From NCBI GenBank assembly GCA_028286685.1, contig JAQBRA010000003.1:1-61291 (forward strand): DNA of 61,291 nt, written 5' to 3'. Each line of letters begins with the position of its first letter. Positions within the stretch are counted from its first letter, which is position 1. The notes beneath the pieces were generated by a model. It worked only from the letters and a program-made list of their open reading frames with translations, did no database searches and was not told where the DNA came from. The position numbers were made by a program, and so were the translations under genes. The DNA comes from Candidatus Adlerbacteria bacterium (lineage in GTDB: Bacteria > Patescibacteriota > Minisyncoccia > Phycocordibacterales > SBAW01). Below are positions 60,840 to 61,291 of the stretch, in pieces.

Positions 60840-60965
60840 CCAAAATTAAATAGGCTAGCGTATCGCTTCGTTGCCTGCGTTGCGAATCCCTGCGCCCTAG
60901 CTCGCTAGGCCTTAGGGATATCGCGCCTTGGCGCCTCGCGCTCCATCTAGCCTATTTAATTTTGG
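60840..60965. repeat. 126-nt extended hairpin with perfect 19-bp AT-rich terminal inverted repeats
   Basis: CCAAAATTAAATAGGCTAG (60840-60858) is the exact reverse complement of CTAGCCTATTTAATTTTGG (60947-60965). The interior also pairs imperfectly (GCGAATCCCT/AGGGATATCGC; CCTAG/CTAGG). Confidence 0.8.
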
Positions 60966-61062
60966 TCCTATACTAATAAGGTGCGCTTCGGGCGGGGAGC
61001 GGGGCACTCACATTAGGACAATGTTTTGGAGCTCGCCTTCCGCTTCCCGCTCGCAGCGCAAC

Positions 61063-61092
61063 AAAATCCGCTTGATGCATCAAGCGGATTTT
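61063..61092. terminator. Perfect 30-nt palindrome / bidirectional terminator-like hairpin
   Basis: AAAATCCGCTTGATG|CATCAAGCGGATTTT has A-tract and T-tract on both sides. Confidence 0.7.
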
Positions 61093-61101
61093 GCTTTTCA
61101 T

Positions 61102-61206
61102 GGGATTAAAAAATTAAAAGCAAAAATAAATTATTTTTAATTCAAAAAAGTTTTTTAAAAAATTAAAAGTTATCCACACATTGAAATTATTTTTCATTGT
61201 ATATGC
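61102..61206. other. Candidate replication-origin unwinding region (extremely AT-rich ~100 bp) with DnaA box and 15-nt direct repeats
   Basis: AT-rich stretch in an otherwise GC-rich window. TTAAAAAATTAAAAG occurs at 61106-61120 and 61155-61169. TTATCCACA lies at 61170-61178. Confidence 0.45.
61170..61178 (+). promoter_or_regulatory. Perfect consensus DnaA box TTATCCACA
   Basis: Exact 9-mer, directly abutting the second AT-rich direct repeat. Confidence 0.5.
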
Positions 61207-61291
61207 AGATGTTCTGTTCGATACTTGTGTGTAGAGCATCGAACAAGTGTTTGCTGTGTCTCCTAGGACACACAGGTAAACGCGGTCGAAC

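Noticed and set aside
1-61291. Alternative genetic code (UGA recoding, as in some CPR lineages)
   Set aside because: All recognisable genes are intact, full-length ORFs under the standard code, and several end in TGA at expected family lengths.
1-61291. Mobile genetic elements, prophage, or defence systems (CRISPR-Cas, RM, TA, retron, DGR)
   Set aside because: I could recognise no transposase, integrase, recombinase, reverse transcriptase, Cas, methylase/endonuclease pair or obvious toxin-antitoxin pair in any frame. The only mobility hints are AT-richer patches and the 126-nt hairpin.

Overview
The window is GC-rich by eye and reads like a chromosomal segment from a Patescibacteria/CPR-type (Parcubacteria-like) bacterium. 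That placement is inference, based on a divergent 16S 3' end, an unlinked rRNA locus, many small hypothetical genes, and LTD, DKNYY and orphan T4SS-coupling-type proteins. All coordinates and family calls come from reading the sequence and the ORF track by eye; no searches were run.

Gene order:
- 1-230: 3' end of a 16S rRNA whose tail lacks the anti-Shine-Dalgarno CCUCC.
- 230-1265: an atypical ~1 kb spacer with three terminators and a small SD-led membrane ORF.
- 1266-4990: tRNA-Ile(GAU), a ClpC/ClpE/ClpB-hybrid AAA+ chaperone, a tandem cold-shock-domain protein and tRNA-Leu(CAG).
- 5.1-9.7 kb: an RND efflux pair (membrane fusion protein plus AcrB-like pump).
- 9.7-15.9 kb: an RlmB-like methyltransferase, a GNAT, several small membrane or secreted hypotheticals, a FAS1 protein and an SPFH/stomatin protein.
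- 15.9-23.2 kb: a peptidoglycan-related neighbourhood. It holds an mpl / DMT permease / ATE-Bpt-like transferase operon, divergent murA and murB, a divergent YfiH/PgeF-like protein, and rsmI.
- 24.6-29.5 kb: a low-GC DKNYY gene and a mini-operon of a 57-aa ORF, a TM-less T4SS coupling-protein-like ATPase and an LTD+PKD surface protein.
- 29.5-53.9 kb: a ~24 kb surface-glycan island. It contains a UXS-like dehydratase, about 6 GT4, 2 GT9, GT2/GtrB-like, GtrA, a GT-C-like membrane protein, 2 AsnB-type amidotransferases, 2 FkbM and 4 class-I methyltransferases, a B12-radical SAM enzyme and a Wzx flippase.
- 53.9-60.7 kb: an islet of small ORFs, a large alpha/beta-hydrolase+LTD exoprotein and a Wzy_C+TPR protein.
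- 60.8-61.3 kb: a 126-nt perfect-armed hairpin and an AT-rich, DnaA-box-containing oriC-like region.

The most interesting signals:
1. The 16S has no anti-SD, yet a subset of genes carries perfect AGGAGG.
2. A -10 hexamer sits 4-9 nt (mostly 5-9) upstream of most start codons, suggesting pervasive leaderless transcription.
3. The mpl / permease / aminoacyl-tRNA-transferase-like operon.
4. The orphan T4CP-like ATPase coupled to an LTD protein.
5. The glycan island with a B12-rSAM and duplicated AsnB/FkbM/GT9 modules.

I saw no CRISPR array, transposase, integrase or recoded stop codons.
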